Below are positions 62,901-64,000 of a stretch of 64,000 nt of DNA, piece after piece. The position numbers were made by a program, and so were the translations under genes. Origin of the DNA: Camelus dromedarius (Eukaryota); NCBI RefSeq assembly GCF_036321535.1, contig NC_087436.1, positions 39,992,001 to 40,056,000 on the forward strand, read 5' to 3'. Every line of letters begins with the position of its first letter. Within the stretch, counting starts at the first letter, position 1. The notes under the pieces are model-generated. The model saw nothing but the letters and a program-made list of their open reading frames with translations. It did not search any database and had not been told where the DNA came from.

Positions 62901-63719
62901 TATAATGAGAGCTTTGAAAGGAAGATAAGATGAGGAAAGTCTCTGCTTCAGTCTGACTTTGGCTTCTTAGAGCATTTATTTGTAAGAACCCTCTCTAAGA
63001 GAGTTGGTAGGTAAAATCACAAATGATACCTCAAAAACATGGTACTTGTTTTTGGTGTGGCTGGAGCTTTTAGCACCAGTCATGTATTTATTTAAGGAGT
63101 GATATTTTGTAAATACTAGAAAGCATAAATCAGAATAAGATCTTTAAAATTCAAGCAGTAGGAATGTGCAATCTGATACCTTTTCCAACTTTGTGATTAA
63201 TCATCTCTATGCATGTACATAATAATGCTTGCTAAGGGCAAATACCTTGAATAGCTAGTAAAGCAAAATTTTTACTTTCACAAAATAATTTACAAAATAA
63301 GTTTCTGTAACGTACTTTGATGGAGTCCAAACCTCATATTAAGTTAAACTCTTAAAAAATTATTTTCTTTCATTTGTAAATGTAATTTTTCGAAAAAGGA
63401 TCAAGCAACTTGGATGACATGACTTGAGTTTCATTTTAATGTTGCTTTGATAAGTTATCTGTTTTAATCCAGCATATGTTCTCTTTTCTCTCCATATTTA
63501 TTGAACTGCAACAGAAGTTGGTAATGTATCCAACACCTTTTTCTTCTTTCCCTCCCAATAGACTGCATGTATGTTGCAAATGCATTGTTGATAGGAAATA
63601 TGGCCATGTTCCTCAATTCACAGGTGAAGTGCATAATATAACTTAAATGAATCAGTGCAGTTATATACCCTTTCATCTAATGAGTCCAGTATGAGTAATA
63701 TTTCAGAACTTTTGGTAGT

Positions 63720-64000
63720 AATAAAGGATACAGATCCTTTCTCTGGACAGTGTCTTGTGCACTTGTAAGGACTAGAAGTACTATGTTTATTTTGCTATGA
63801 TTTGTCATGATCTGAGACTGAATCTCACTATGAAGAGGACAGAGCTAAGGTAGTCTCTTTCTTTCTCTCACACACACACACACACACGAGATGTGAAGTC
63901 TTGATAAACTGAATGCTAAACCTGACACATCTTTTGCCATTTAGTCATGTGGGACAATCATTTCCCTGCATTTTTTGCTAGTTTCATTTGATACCATTAA
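63720..64000 (+). mobile_element. MLT1(J/K-like) LTR fragment with an internal CT/CA repeat
   Basis: gaagaggacagagctaag...tagtcatgtgggacaatcatttccct...ttgctagtttc. Confidence 0.5.

Overview
This is AT-rich, repeat-dense mammalian DNA, either intergenic or deep intronic. Two tRNA-derived SINEs of the camelid vic-1 type, artiodactyl-type L1 3' ends and Tigger derivatives suggest a camelid (inference from recalled repeat consensus, not from a search). I recognise no host protein-coding exon, RNA gene or CRISPR array, and I found no convincing novel biological system. The ORF track is explained by decayed transposon proteins, low-complexity DNA and chance. The main content is layered transposon history. 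It includes a near-full-length Tigger1 inserted in an old L1 5' region, a decayed ERVL provirus with an LTR33-like 5' LTR and an RT-to-dUTPase deletion, a long fragmented CR1/L3, solo LTRs with intact TSDs, and a twin-primed L1. The most unusual item is a ~2 kb TSD-flanked L1 derivative made of a 5'UTR, a ~45 bp mid-ORF2 sliver and the ORF2 end. A few candidate exons and regulatory motif clusters are listed at low confidence. Family names come from memory and need RepeatMasker/Dfam confirmation, and boundaries without TSDs or TIRs are approximate.
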